From contig CP154954.1 in assembly GCA_039621445.1 (NCBI GenBank), positions 35,263,703 to 35,327,702 on the forward strand: 64,000 nucleotides of DNA, written 5' to 3'. This document shows positions 25,801-38,600 of the stretch, piece by piece. The position numbers were made by a program, and so were the translations under genes. Within the stretch, counting starts at the first letter, position 1, and every line of letters begins with the position of its first letter. The stretch comes from Euglena gracilis. Lineage: Eukaryota. The notes under the pieces are model-generated. The model made no database searches. It was not told the DNA's origin and saw only the letters and a list, made by a program, of their open reading frames with translations.

Positions 25801-28800
25801 CAGCCCAGGTTACCATGTAAAAATGGACCAAATTGGGCCTTACTCCGAGTTACCGAATGGGTGTTCCAGGAGGCCTCCAAAGTCAGGGGACCCGTTGGTT
25901 TCATGATTGTCGTGGTTTAATGGTAAGAAAAACATGCAGCGGAAATGTTGGTTGCAAGAAATGAGCAGATTTAGATGGGTGCATTCGACCATTCCTTGGG
26001 ACATTTACCAGGTCAGCCCAGGTTACCATGTAAAAATGGACCAAATTGGGCCTTTCATCGAGTTACCGAATGGGTGTTCCAGGAGGCCTCCAAAGTCAGG
26101 GGACCCGTTGGTTTCATGATTGTCGTGGTTTAATGGTAAGAAAAACATGCAGCGGGAATGTTGGTTGCAAGAAATGAGCAGATTTAGATGGGTGCATTCG
26201 ACCATTCCGGGGGACATTTACCAGGTCAGCCCAGGTTACCATGTAAAAATGGACCAAATTGGGCCTTACTCCGAGTAACCGAATGGGTGTTCCAGGAGGC
26301 CTCCAAAGTCAGGGGACCCGTTGGTTTCATGATTGTCGTGGTTTAATGGTAAGAAAAACATGCAGCCGGAAGGTTGGTTGCAAGAAATGAGCAGATTTAG
26401 ATGGGTGCATTCGACCATTCCGGGGGACATTTACCAGGTCAGCCCAGGTTACCATGTAAAAATGGACCAAATTGGGCCTTACTCCGAGTCACCGAATGGG
26501 TGTTCCAGGAGGCCTCCAAAGTCAGGGGACCCGTTGGTTTCATGATTGTCGTGGTCTAATGGTAAGAAAAACATGCAGCGGGAATGTTGGTTGCAAGAAA
26601 GGAGCAGGTTTAGATGGGTGTATTCGACCATTCCGGGGGACATTTACCAGGTCAGCCCAGGTTACCATGCAAAAATGGACCAAAATGGGCCTTACTCCGA
26701 GTCACCGAATGGGTGTTCCAGGAGGCCTCCAAAGTCAGGGGACCCGTTGGTTTCATGATTGTCGTGGTTTAATGGTAAGAAGAACATACAGCCGGAAGGT
26801 TGGTTGCAAGAAATGAGCAGATTTAGATGGGTGCATTCGACCATTCCGGGGGACATTTACCAGGTCAGCCCAGGTTACCATGTAAAAATGGACCAAATTG
26901 GGCCTTACTCCGAGTTACCGAATGGGTGTTCCAGGAGGCCTCCAAAGTCAGGGGACCCGTTGGTTTCATGATTGTCGTGGTTTAATGGTAAGAAAAACAT
27001 GCAGCCGGAAGGTTGGTTGCAAGAAATGAGCAGATTTAGATGGGTGCATTCGACCATTCCGGGGGACATTTACCAGGTCAGCCCAGGTTACCATGTAAAA
27101 ATGGACCAAATTGGGCCTTACTCCGAGTAACCGAATGGGTGTTCCAGGAGGCCTCCAAAGTCAGGGGACCCGTTGGTTTCATGATTGTCGTGGTTTAATG
27201 GTAAGAAAAACATGCAGCCGGAAGGTTGGTTGCAAGAAATGAGCAGATTTAGATGGGTGCATTCGACCATTCCGGGGGACATTTACCAGGTCAGCCCAGG
27301 TTACCATGCAAAAATGGATCAAAATGGGCCTTACTCCGAGTAACCGAATGGGTGTTCCAGGAGGCCTCCAAAGTCAGGGGACCCGTTGGTTTCATGATTG
27401 TCGTGGTTTAATGGTAAGAAAAACATGCAGCGGGAATGTTGGTTGCAAGAAATGAGCAGATTTAGATGGGTGCATTCGACCATTCCGGGGGACATTTACC
27501 AGGTCAGCCCAGGTTACCATGTAAAAATGGACCAAATTGGGCCTTACTCCGAGTTACCGAATGGGTGTTCCAGGAGGCCTCCAAAGTCAGGGGACCCGTT
27601 GGTTTCATGATTGTCGTGGTTTAATGGTAAGAAAAACATGCAGCCGGAAGGTTGGTTGCAAGAAATGAGCAGATTTAGATGGGTGCATTCGACCATTCCG
27701 GGGGACATTTACCAGGTCAGCCCAGGTTACCATGTAAAAATGGACAAAATTGGGCCTTACTCCGAGTAACCGAATGGGTGTTCCAGGAGGCCTCCAAAGT
27801 CAGGGGACCCGTTGGTTTCATGATTGTCGTGGTTTAATGGTAAGAAAAACATGCAGCCGGAAGGTTGGTTGCAAGAAATGAGCAGATTTAGATGGGTGCA
27901 TTCGACCATTCCGGGGGACATTTACCAGGTCAGCCCAGGTTACCATGTAAAAATGGACCAAATTGGGCCTTACTCCGAGTAACCGAATGGGTGTTCCAGG
28001 AGGCCTCCAAAGTCAGGGGACCCGTTGGTTTCATGATTGTCGTGGTTTAATGGTAAGAAAAACATGCAGCGGGAATTTTGGTTGCAAGAAATGAGCAGAT
28101 TTAGATGGGTGCATTCGACCATTCCGGGGGACATTTACCAGGTCAGCCCAGGTTACCATGTAAAAATGGACCAAATTGGGCCTTACTCCGAGTTACCGAA
28201 TGGGTGTTCCAGGAGGCCTCCAAAGTCAGGGGACCCGTTGGTTTCATGATTGTCGTGGTTTAATGGTAAGAAAAACATGCAGCCGGAAGGTTGGTTGCAA
28301 GAAATGAGCAGATTTAGATGGGTGCATTCGACCATTCCGGGGGACATTTACCAGGTCAGCCCAGGTTACCATGTAAAAATGGACCAAATTGGGCCTTACT
28401 CCGAGTCACCGAATGGGTGTTCCAGGAGGCCTCCAAAGTCAGGGGACCCGTTGGTTTCATGATTGTCGTGGTTTAATGGTAAGAAAAACATGCAGCGGGA
28501 ATGTTGGTTGCAAGAAATGAGCAGATTTAGATGGGTGCATTCGACCATTCCGGGGGACATTTACCAGGTCAGCCCAGGTTACCATGTAAAAATGGACCAA
28601 ATTGGGCCTTACTCCGAGTAACCGAATGGGTGTTCCAGGAGGCCTCCAAAGTCAGGGGACCCGTTGGTTTCATGATTGTCGTGGTTTAATGGTAATAAAA
28701 ACATGCAGCGGAAGGTTGGTTGCAAGAAATGAGCAGATTTAGATGGGTGCATTCGACCATTCCGGGGGACATTTACCAGGTCAGCCCAGGTTACCATGTA

Positions 28801-31800
28801 AAAATGGACCAAATTGGGCCTTACTCCGAGTTACCGAATGGGTGTTCCAGGAGGCCTCCAAAGTCAGGGGACCCGTTGGTTTCATGATTGTCGTGGTTTA
28901 ATGGTAAGAAAAACATGCAGCGGAAGGTTGGTTGCAAGAAATGAGCAGATTTAGATGGGTGCATTCGACCATTCCGGGGGACATTTACCAGGTCAGCCCA
29001 GGTTACCATGTAAAAATGGACCAAACTGGGCATTACTCCGAGTAACCGAATGGGTGTTCCAGGAGGCCTCCAAAGTCAGGGGACCCGTTGGTTTCATGAT
29101 TGTCGTGGTTTAATGGTAAGAAAAACATGCAGCCGGAAGGTTGGTTGCAAGAAATGAGCAGATTTAGATGGGTGCATTCGACCATTCCGGGGGACATTTA
29201 CCAGGTCAGCCCAGGTTACCATGCAAAAAGTGGACCAAATTGGGCCTTACTCCGAGTAACCGAATGGGTGTTCCAGGAGGCCTCCAAAGTCAGGGGACCC
29301 GTTGGTTTCATGATTGTCGTGGTTTAATGGTAAGAAAAACATGCAGCCGGAAGGTTGGTTGCAAGAAATGAGCAGATTTAGATGGGTGCATTCGACCATT
29401 CCGGGGGACATTTACCAGGTCAGCCCAGGTTACCATGTAAAAATGGACCAAATTGGGCCTTACTCCGAGTTACCGAATGGGTGTTCCAGGAGGCCTCCAA
29501 AGTCAGGGGACCCGTTGGTTTCATGATTGTCGTGGTTTAATGGTAAGAAAAACATGCCGGGGGGAAGTTGGTTGCAAGAAATGAGCAGATTTAGATGGGT
29601 GCATTCGACCATTCCGGGGGACATTTACCAGGTCAGCCCAGGTTACCATGTAAAAATGGACCAAATTGGGCCTTACTCCGAGTTACCGAATGGGTGTTCC
29701 AGGAGGCCTCCAAAGTCAGGGGACCCGTTGTTTCATGATTGTCGTGGTTTAATGGTAAGAAAAACATGCAGCCGGAAGGTTGGTTGCAAGAAATGAGCAG
29801 ATTTAGATGGGTGCATTCGACCATTCCGGGGGACATTTACCAGGTCAGCCCAGGTTACCATGTAAAAATGGACCAAATTGGGCCTTACTCCGAGTCACCG
29901 AATGGGTGTTCCAGGAGGCCTCCAAAGTCAGGGGACCCGTTGGTTTCATGATTGTCGTGGTTTAATGGTAAGAAAAACATGCAGCGGGAATGTTGGTTGG
30001 AAGAAATGAGCAGATTTAGATGGGTGCATTCGACCATTCCGGGGGACATTTACCAGGTCAGCCCAGGTTACCATGTAAAAATGGACCAAATTGGGCCTTA
30101 CTCCGAGTTTCGAATGGGTGTTCCAGGAGGCCTCCAAAGTCAGGGGACCCGTTGGTTTCATGATTGTCGTGGTTTAATGGTAAGAAAAACATGCAGCCGG
30201 AAGGTTGGTTGCAAGAAATGAGCAGATTTAGATGGGTGCATTCGACCAATCCGGGGGACATTTACCAGGTCAGCCCAGGTTACCATGTAAAAATGGACCA
30301 AATTGGGCCTTACTCCGAGTTACCGAATGGGTGTTCCAGGAGGCCTCCAAAGTCAGGGGACCCGTTGGTTTCATGATTGTCGTGGTTTAATGGTAAGAAA
30401 AACATGCAGCGGGAATGTTGGTTGCAAGAAATGAGCAGATTTAGATGGGTGCATTCGACCATTCCGGGGGACATTTACCAGGTCAGCCCAGGTTACCATG
30501 TAAAAATGGACCAAATTGGGCCTTACTCCGAGTAACCGAATGGGTGTTCCAGGAGGCCTCCAAAGTCAGGGGACCCGTTGGTTTCATGATTGTCGTGGTT
30601 TAATGGTAAGAAAAACATGCAGCCGGAAGGTTGGTTGCAAGAAATGAGCAGATTTAGATGGGTGCATTCGACCATTCCGGGGGACATTTACCAGGTCAGC
30701 CCAGGTTACCATGTAAAAATGGACCAAATTGGGCCTTACTCCGAGTTACCGAATGGGTGTTCCAGGAGGCCTCCAAAGTCAGGGGACCCGTTGGTTTCAT
30801 GATTGTCGTGGTTTAATGGTAAGAAAAACATGCAGCGGGAATGGTTGGTTGCAAGAAATGAGCAGATTTAGATGGGTGCATTCGACCATTCCGGGGGACA
30901 TTTACCAGGTCAGCCCAGGTTACCATGTAAAAATGGACCAAATTGGGCCTTACTCCGAGTTACCGAATGGGTGTTCCAGGAGGCCTCCAAAGTCAGGGGA
31001 CCCGTTGGTTTCATGATTGTCGTGGTTTAATGGTAAGAAAAACATGCAGCCGGGAATGTTGGTTGCAAGAAATGAGCAGATTTAGATGGGTGCATTCGAC
31101 CATTCCGGGGGACATTTACCAGGTCAGCCCAGGTTACCATGTAAAAATGGACCAAATTGGGCCTTACTCCGAGTTACCGAATGGGTGTTCCAGGAGGCCT
31201 CCAAAGTCAGGGGACCCGTTGGTTTCATGATTGTCGTGGTTTAATGGTAAGAAAAACATGCAGCGGGAATGTTGGTTGCAAGAAATGAGCAGATTTAGAT
31301 GGGTGCATTCGACCATTCCGGGGGACATTTACCAGGTCAGCCCAGGTTACCATGTAAAAATGGACCAAATTGGGCCTTACTCCGAGTTACCGAATGGGTG
31401 TTCCAGGAGGCCTCCAAAGTCAGGGGACCCGTTGGTTTCATGATTGTCGTGGTTTAATGGTAAGAAAAACATGCAGGGGGAATGTTGGTTGCAAGAAATG
31501 AGCAGATTTAGATGGGTGCATTCGACCATTCCGGGGGACATTTACCAGGTCAGCCCAGGTTACCATGTAAAAATGGACCAAATTGGGCCTTACTCCGAGA
31601 TACCGAATGGGTGTTCCAGGAGGCCTCCAAAGTCAGGGGACCCGTTGGTTTCATGATTGTCGTGGTTTAATGGTAAGAAATACATTGCAGCTGGAATGTT
31701 GGTTGCAAGAAATGAGCAGATTTAGATGGGTGCATTCGACCATTCCGGGGGACATTTACCAGGTCAGCCCAGGTTACCATGTAAAAATGGACCAAATTGG

Positions 31801-34171
31801 GCCTTACTCCGAGTTACCGAATGGGTGTTCCAGGAGGCCTCCAAAGTCAGGGGACCCGTTGGTTTCATGATTGTCGTGGTTTAATGGTAAGAAAAACATG
31901 CAGCGGGAAGGTTGGTTGCAAGAAATGAGCAGATTTAGATGGGTGCATTCGACCATTCCGGGGGACATTTACCAGGTCAGCCCAGGTTACCATGTAAAAA
32001 TGGACCAAATTGGGCCTTACTCCGAGTAACCGAATGGGTGTTCCAGGAGGCCTCCAAAGTCAGGGGACCCGTTGGTTTCATGATTGTCGTGGTTTAATGG
32101 TAAGAAAAACATGCAGCCGGAATGTTGGTTGCAAGAAATGAGCAGATTTAGATGGGTGCATTCGACCATTCCGGGGGACATTTACCAGGTCAGCCCAGGT
32201 TACCATGTAAAAATGGACCAAATTGGGCCTTACTCCGAGTAACCGAATGGGTGTTCCAGGAGGCCTCCAAAGTCAGGGGACCCGTTGGTTTCATGATTGT
32301 CGTGGTTTAATGGTAAGAAAAAACATGCAGCGGGAATGTTGGTTGCAAGAAATGAGCAGATTTAGATGGGTGCATTCGACCATTCCGGGGGACATTTACC
32401 AGGTCAGCCCAGGTTACCATGTAAAAATGGACCAAATTGGGCCTTACTCCGAGTAACCGAATGGGTGTTCCAGGAGGCCTCCAAAGTCAGGGGACCCGTT
32501 GGTTTCATGATTGTCGTGGTTTAATGGTAAGAAAAACATGCAGCGGGAATGTTGGTTGCAAGAAATGAGCAGATTTAGATGGGTGCATTCGACCATTCCG
32601 GGGGACATTTACCAGGTCAGCCCAGGTTACCATGTAAAAATGGACCAAATTGGGCCTTACTCCGAGTTACCGAATGGGTGTTCCAGGAGGCCTCCAAAGT
32701 CAGGGGACCCGTTGGTTTCATGATTGTCGTGGTTTAATGGTAAGAAAAACATGCAGCGGGAATGTTGGTTGCAAGAAATGAGCACATTTAGATGGGTGCA
32801 TTCGACCATTCCGGGGGACATTTACCAGGTCAGCCCAGGTTACCATGTAAAAATGGACCAAATTGGGCCTTGCTCCGAGTAACCGAATGGGTGTTCCAGG
32901 AGGCCTCCAAAGTCAGGGAACCCGTTAGTTTCATGATTGTCGTGGTTTAATGGTAAGAAACACATGCAGCGGGAATGTTGGTTGCAAGAAATGAGCAGAT
33001 TTAGATGGGTGCATTCGACCATTCCGGGGGACACTTACCAGGTCAGCCCAGGTTACCATGTAAAAATGGACCAAATTGGGCCTTACTCCGAGTTACCGAA
33101 TGGGTGTTCCAGGAGGCCTCCAAAGTCAGGGGACCCGTTGGTTTCATGATTGTCGTGGTTTAATTGTAAGAAGAATATGCAGCCGGAAGGTTGGTTGCAA
33201 GAAATTAGCAGATTTAGATGGGTGCATTCGACCATTCCGGGGGGCATTTACCAGGTCAGACCAGGTTACCATGTAAAAATGGACCAAATTGGGCCTTACT
33301 CCGAGTTACCGAATGGGTGTTCCAGGAGGCCTCCAAAGTCAGGGGACCCGTTGGTTTCATGATTGTCGTGGTTTAATGGTAAGAAAAACATGCAGCTGGA
33401 ATGTTGGTTGCAAGAAATGAGCAGATTTAGTTGGGTGCATTCGACCATTCCGGGGGACATTTACCAGGTCAGCCCAGGTTACCATGCAAAAATGGACCAA
33501 ATTGGGCCTTACTCCGAGTAACCGAATGGGTGTTCCAGGAGGCCTCCAAAGTCAGGGGACCCGTTGGTTTCATGATTGTCGTGGTTTAATGGTAAGAAAA
33601 AACATGCAGCGGGAATGTTGGTTGCAAGAAATGAGCAGATTTAGATGGGTGCATTCGACCATTCCGGGGGACATTTACCAGGTCAGCCCAGGTTACCATG
33701 TAAAAATGGACCAAATTGGGCCTTACTCCGAGTTACCGAATGGGTGTTCCAGGAGGCCTCCAAAGTCAGGGGACCCGTTGGTTTCATGATTGTCGTGGTT
33801 TAATGGTAAGAAAAACATGCAGCGGGAATGTTGGTTGCAAGAAATGAGCAGATTTAGATGGGTGCATTCGACCATTCCGGGGGACATTTACCAGGTCAGC
33901 CCAGGTTACCATGTAAAAACGGACCAAATTGGGTCTTACTCCGAGTAACCGAATGGGTGTTCCAGGAGGCCTCCAAAGTCAGGGGACCCGTTGGTTTCAT
34001 GATTGTCGTGGTTTAATGGTAAGAAAAAACATGCAGCGGGAATGTTGGTTGCAAGAAATGAGCAGATTTAGATGGGTGCATTCGACCATTCCGGGGGACA
34101 TTTACCAGGTCAGCCCAGGTTACCATGTAAAAATGGACCAAATTGGGCCGTACTCCGAGTAACCGAATGGG
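19806..34171 (-). repeat. Satellite block 3, reverse
   Basis: Starts TGCATTCGACCATTCCGGGGG after the junction ATGCATGCAT and ends ...AACCGAATGGG at 34171. Confidence 0.97.
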
Positions 34172-35613
34172 CACCCAAATCTACTCATTTCTTGCAACCA
34201 ACATTCCGGCTGCATGTTTTTCTTACCATTAAACCACGACTATCATGAAACCAACGGGTCCCCTGTCTTTGGAGGCCTCCTGGAACACCCATTCGGTTAC
34301 TCGGAGTAAGGCCCAAATTGGTCCATTTTTACATGGTAACCTGGGCTGACCTGGTAAATGTCCCCAGGAATGGTCGAATGCACCCATCTAAATATCCTCG
34401 TTTCTTGCACCAACATTCCGCTGCATGTTTTTCTTACCATTAAACCACGACAATCATGAAACCAACGGGTCCCCTGACTTTGGAGGCCTCCTGGAACACC
34501 CATTCGGTAACTCGGAGTAAGGCCCAATTTGGTCCATTTTTACATGGTAACCTGGGCTGACCTGGTAAATGTCCCCAGGAATGGTCGAATGCACCCATCT
34601 AAATCTGCTCATTTCTTGCAACCAACGTTCCTGCTGCATGTTTTTCTTACCATTAAACCACGACAATCATGAAACCAACGCTGACATTTGTGGACTCCTG
34701 GAACACTCATTCGGTTACTAGGAGGACGGCCCCATTTGGTCCATTTTTACATGGTAACCTGGCCTAACCTGCTAAACGTCCCCCGTAATCGGCGAATCCA
34801 CCCATCTCAATCTGCTCATTTCTTGCACCCAAATTCCGGCTGCCTGTTTTTCTTACCATTAAACCACGCCAATCACGAAACCAACGGGTCCCCTGACTTT
34901 GGAGGCCTCCTGGAACACCCATTCGGACTCGGAGTGAGGCCCAAATGGTCCATTTTTACATGGTAACCTGGGCTGACCTGGTAAATGTCCCCCGGAATGG
35001 TCGAATGCACCCATCTAAATCTGCTCATTCTTGACCAACCGGCTGCATGTTTTTCTTACCATTAAACCACGACAATCATGAAACCAACGGGTCCCCTGAC
35101 TTGGAGGCCTCCAACACCCATTCGGTTACTCGGAGTAAGGCCCAATTGGTCCATTTTTACATGGTAACCTGGGCTGACCTGGTAAATGTCCCCCGGAATG
35201 GTCGAATGCAATCTAAATGCTCATTTCTTGTACACCTTCCGGCTGCATGTTTTTCTTACCATTACCACGACAATCATGAAACCAACGGGCCCCTGACTTT
35301 AGAGGCCTCCTGGAACACCCATTCGGTTACTCGGATTAAGGCCCAATTTGGTCCATTTTTACATGGTAACCTGGGGACCTGGTAAATGATTGTCGGAATG
35401 GTCGAATGAATCTAAATGCACTCATTTCTTGCAAGAAATGAGCATGTTTTTCTTACCATTAAACCACGACTATCATGAAACCAACGGGTCCCCTGACTTT
35501 GGAGGCCTCCTGGAACACCCATTCGGTTACTCGGAGTAAGGCCCAAATTGGTCCATTTTTACATGGTAACCTGGGCTGACCTGGTAAATGTCCCCCGGAA
35601 TGGTCGAATGCAC
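34172..35613 (+). repeat. Satellite block 4, forward, noisy or degenerate (~7 monomers)
   Basis: Forward monomers with many indels and embedded reverse-strand fragments, ending GGTCGAATGCAC at 35613. Confidence 0.9.
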
Positions 35614-38600
35614 GCCTCCAAAGTCTGGGGACCCGTTGGTTTCATGATTGTCGTGGTTTAATGGTAAGAAAAACATGCAGCGGGAATGTTGGTTGCAAGA
35701 AATGAGCAGATTTAGATGGGTGCATTCGACCATTCCGGGGGGACATTTACCAGGTCAGCCCAGGTTACCATGTAAAAAATGGACCAAATTGGGCCTTACT
35801 CCGAGTAACCGAATGGGTGTTCCAGGAGGCCTCCAAAGTCAGGGGACCCGTTGGTTTCATGATTGTCGTGGTTTAATGGTAAGAAAAACATGCAGCGGGA
35901 ATGTTGGTTGCAAGAAATGAGCAGATTTAGATGGGTGCATTCGACCATTCCGGGGGACATTTACCAGGTCAGCCCAGGTTACCATGTAAAAATGGACCAA
36001 ATTGGGCCTTACTCCGAGTACCCGAATGGGTGTTCCAGGAGGCCTCCAAAGTCAGGGGACCTGTTGGTTTCATGATTGTCGTGGTTTAATGGTAGAGAAA
36101 AATGCAACCGGGATGGCTGGTTGCAAGAAATGAGCAGATTTAGATGGGTGCATTCGACCATTCCGGGGGACATTTACCAGGTCAGCCCAGGTTACCATGT
36201 AAAAATGGACCAAATTGGGCCTTACTCCGAGTAACCGAATGGGTGTTCCAGGAGGCCTCCAAAGTCAGGGGACCCGTTGGTTTCATGATTGTCGTGGTTT
36301 AATGGTAAGAAAAACATGCAGCCGGAAGGTTGGTTGCAAGAAATGAGCAGATTTAGATGGGTGCATTCGACCATTCCGGGGGACATTTACCAGGTCAGCC
36401 CAGGTTACCATGTAAAAATGGACCAAATTGGGCCTTACTCCGAGTAACCGAATGGGTGTTCCAGGAGGCCTCCAAAGTCAGGGGACCCGTTGGTTTCATG
36501 ATTGTCGTGGTTTAATGGTAAGAAAAACATGCAGCGGAATGTTGGTTGCAAGAAATGAGCAGATTTAGATGGGTGCATTCGACCATTCCGGGGGACATTT
36601 ACCAGGTCAGCCCAGGTTACCATGTAAAAATGGACCAAATTGGGCCTTACTCCGAGTTACGAATGGGTGTTCCAGGAGGCCTCCAAAGTCAGGGGACCCG
36701 TTGGTTTCATGATTGTCGTGGTTTAATGGTAAGAAAAACATGCAGCCGGAAGGTTGGTTGCAAGAAATGAGCAGATTTAGATGGGTGCATTCGACCATTC
36801 CGGGGGACATTTACCAGGTCAGCCCAGGTTACCATGCAAAAAATGGACCAAATTGGGCCTTACTCCGAGTAACCGAATGGGTGTTCCAGGAGGCCTCCAA
36901 AGTCAGGGGACCCGTTGGTTTCATGATTGTCGTGGTTTAATGGTAAGAAAAACATGCAGCGGGAAGGTTGGTTGCAAGAAATGAGCAGATTTAGATGGGT
37001 GCATTCGACCATTCCGGGGGACATTTACCAGGTCAGCCCAGGTTACCATGTAAAAATGGACCAAATTGGGCCTTACTCCGAGTAACCGAATGGGTGTTCC
37101 AGGAGGCCTCCAAAGTCAGGGGACCCGTTGGTTTCATGATTGTCGTGGTTTAATGGTAAGAAAAACATGCAGCGGGAAGGTTGGTTGCAAGAAATGAGCA
37201 GATTTAGATGGGTGCATTCGACCATTCCGGGGGACATTTACCAGGTCAGCCCAGGTTACCATGTAAAAATGGACCAAATTGGGCCTTACTCCGAGTAACC
37301 GAATGGGTGTTCCAGGAGGCCTCCAAAGTCAGGGGACCCGTTGGTTTCATGATTGTCGTGGTTTAATGGTAAGAAAAACATGCAGCGGGAATGTTGGTTG
37401 CAAGAAATGAGCAGATTTAGATGGGTGCATTCGACCATTCCGGGGGACATTTACCAGGTCAGCCCAGGTTACCATGTAAAAATGGACCAAATTGGGCCTT
37501 ACTCCGAGTAACCGAATGGGTGTTCCAGGAGGCCTCCAAAGTCAGGGGACCCGTTGGTTTCATGATTGTCGTGGTTTAATGGTAAGAAAAACATGCAGCG
37601 GGAATGTTGGTTGCAAGAAATGAGCAGATTTAGATGGGTGCATTCGACCATTCCGGGGGACATTTACCAGGTCAGCCCAGGTTACCATGTAAAAATGGAC
37701 CAAATTGGGCCTTACTCCGAGTAACCGAATGGGTGTTCCAGGAGGCCTCCAAAGTCAGGGGACCCGTTGGTTTCATGATTGTCGTGGTTTAATGGTAAGA
37801 AAAACATGCAGCGAGAAGGTTGGTTGCAAGAAATGAGCAGATTTAGATGGGTGCATTCGACCATTCCGGGGGACATTTACCAGGTCAGCCCAGGTTACCA
37901 TGTAAAAATGGACCAAATTGGGCCTTACTCCGAGTAACCGAATGGGTGTTCCAGGAGGCCTCCAAAGTCAGGGGACCCGTTGGTTTCATGATTGTCGTGG
38001 TTTAATGGTAAGAAAAACATGCAGGCGGAAGGTTGGTTGCAAGAAATGAGCAGATTTAGATGGGTGCATTCGACCATTCCGGGGGACATTTACCAGGTCA
38101 GCCCAGGTTACCATGTAAAAATGGACCAAATTGGGCCTTACTCCGAGTAACCGAATGGGTGTTCCAGGAGGCCTCCAAAGTCAGGGGACCCGTTGGTTTC
38201 ATGATTGTCGTGGTTTAATGGTAAGAAAAACATGCAGCGGGAAGGTTGGTTGCAAGAAATGAGCAGATTTAGATGGGTGCATTCGACCATTCCGGGGGAC
38301 ATTTACCAGGTCAGCCCAGGTTACCATGTAAAAATGGACCAAATTGGGCCTTACTCCGAGTAACCGAATGGGTGTTCCAGGAGGCCTCCAAAGTCAGGGG
38401 ACCCGTTGGTTTCATGATTGTCGTGGTTTAATGGTAAGAAAAACATGCAGCGGGAATGTTGGTTGCAAGAAATGAGCAGATTTAGATGGGTGCATTCGAC
38501 CATTCCGGGGGACATTTACCAGGTCAGCCCAGGTTACCATGTAAAAATGGACCAAATTGGGCCTTACTCCGAGTAACCGAATGGGTGTTCCAGGAGGCCT

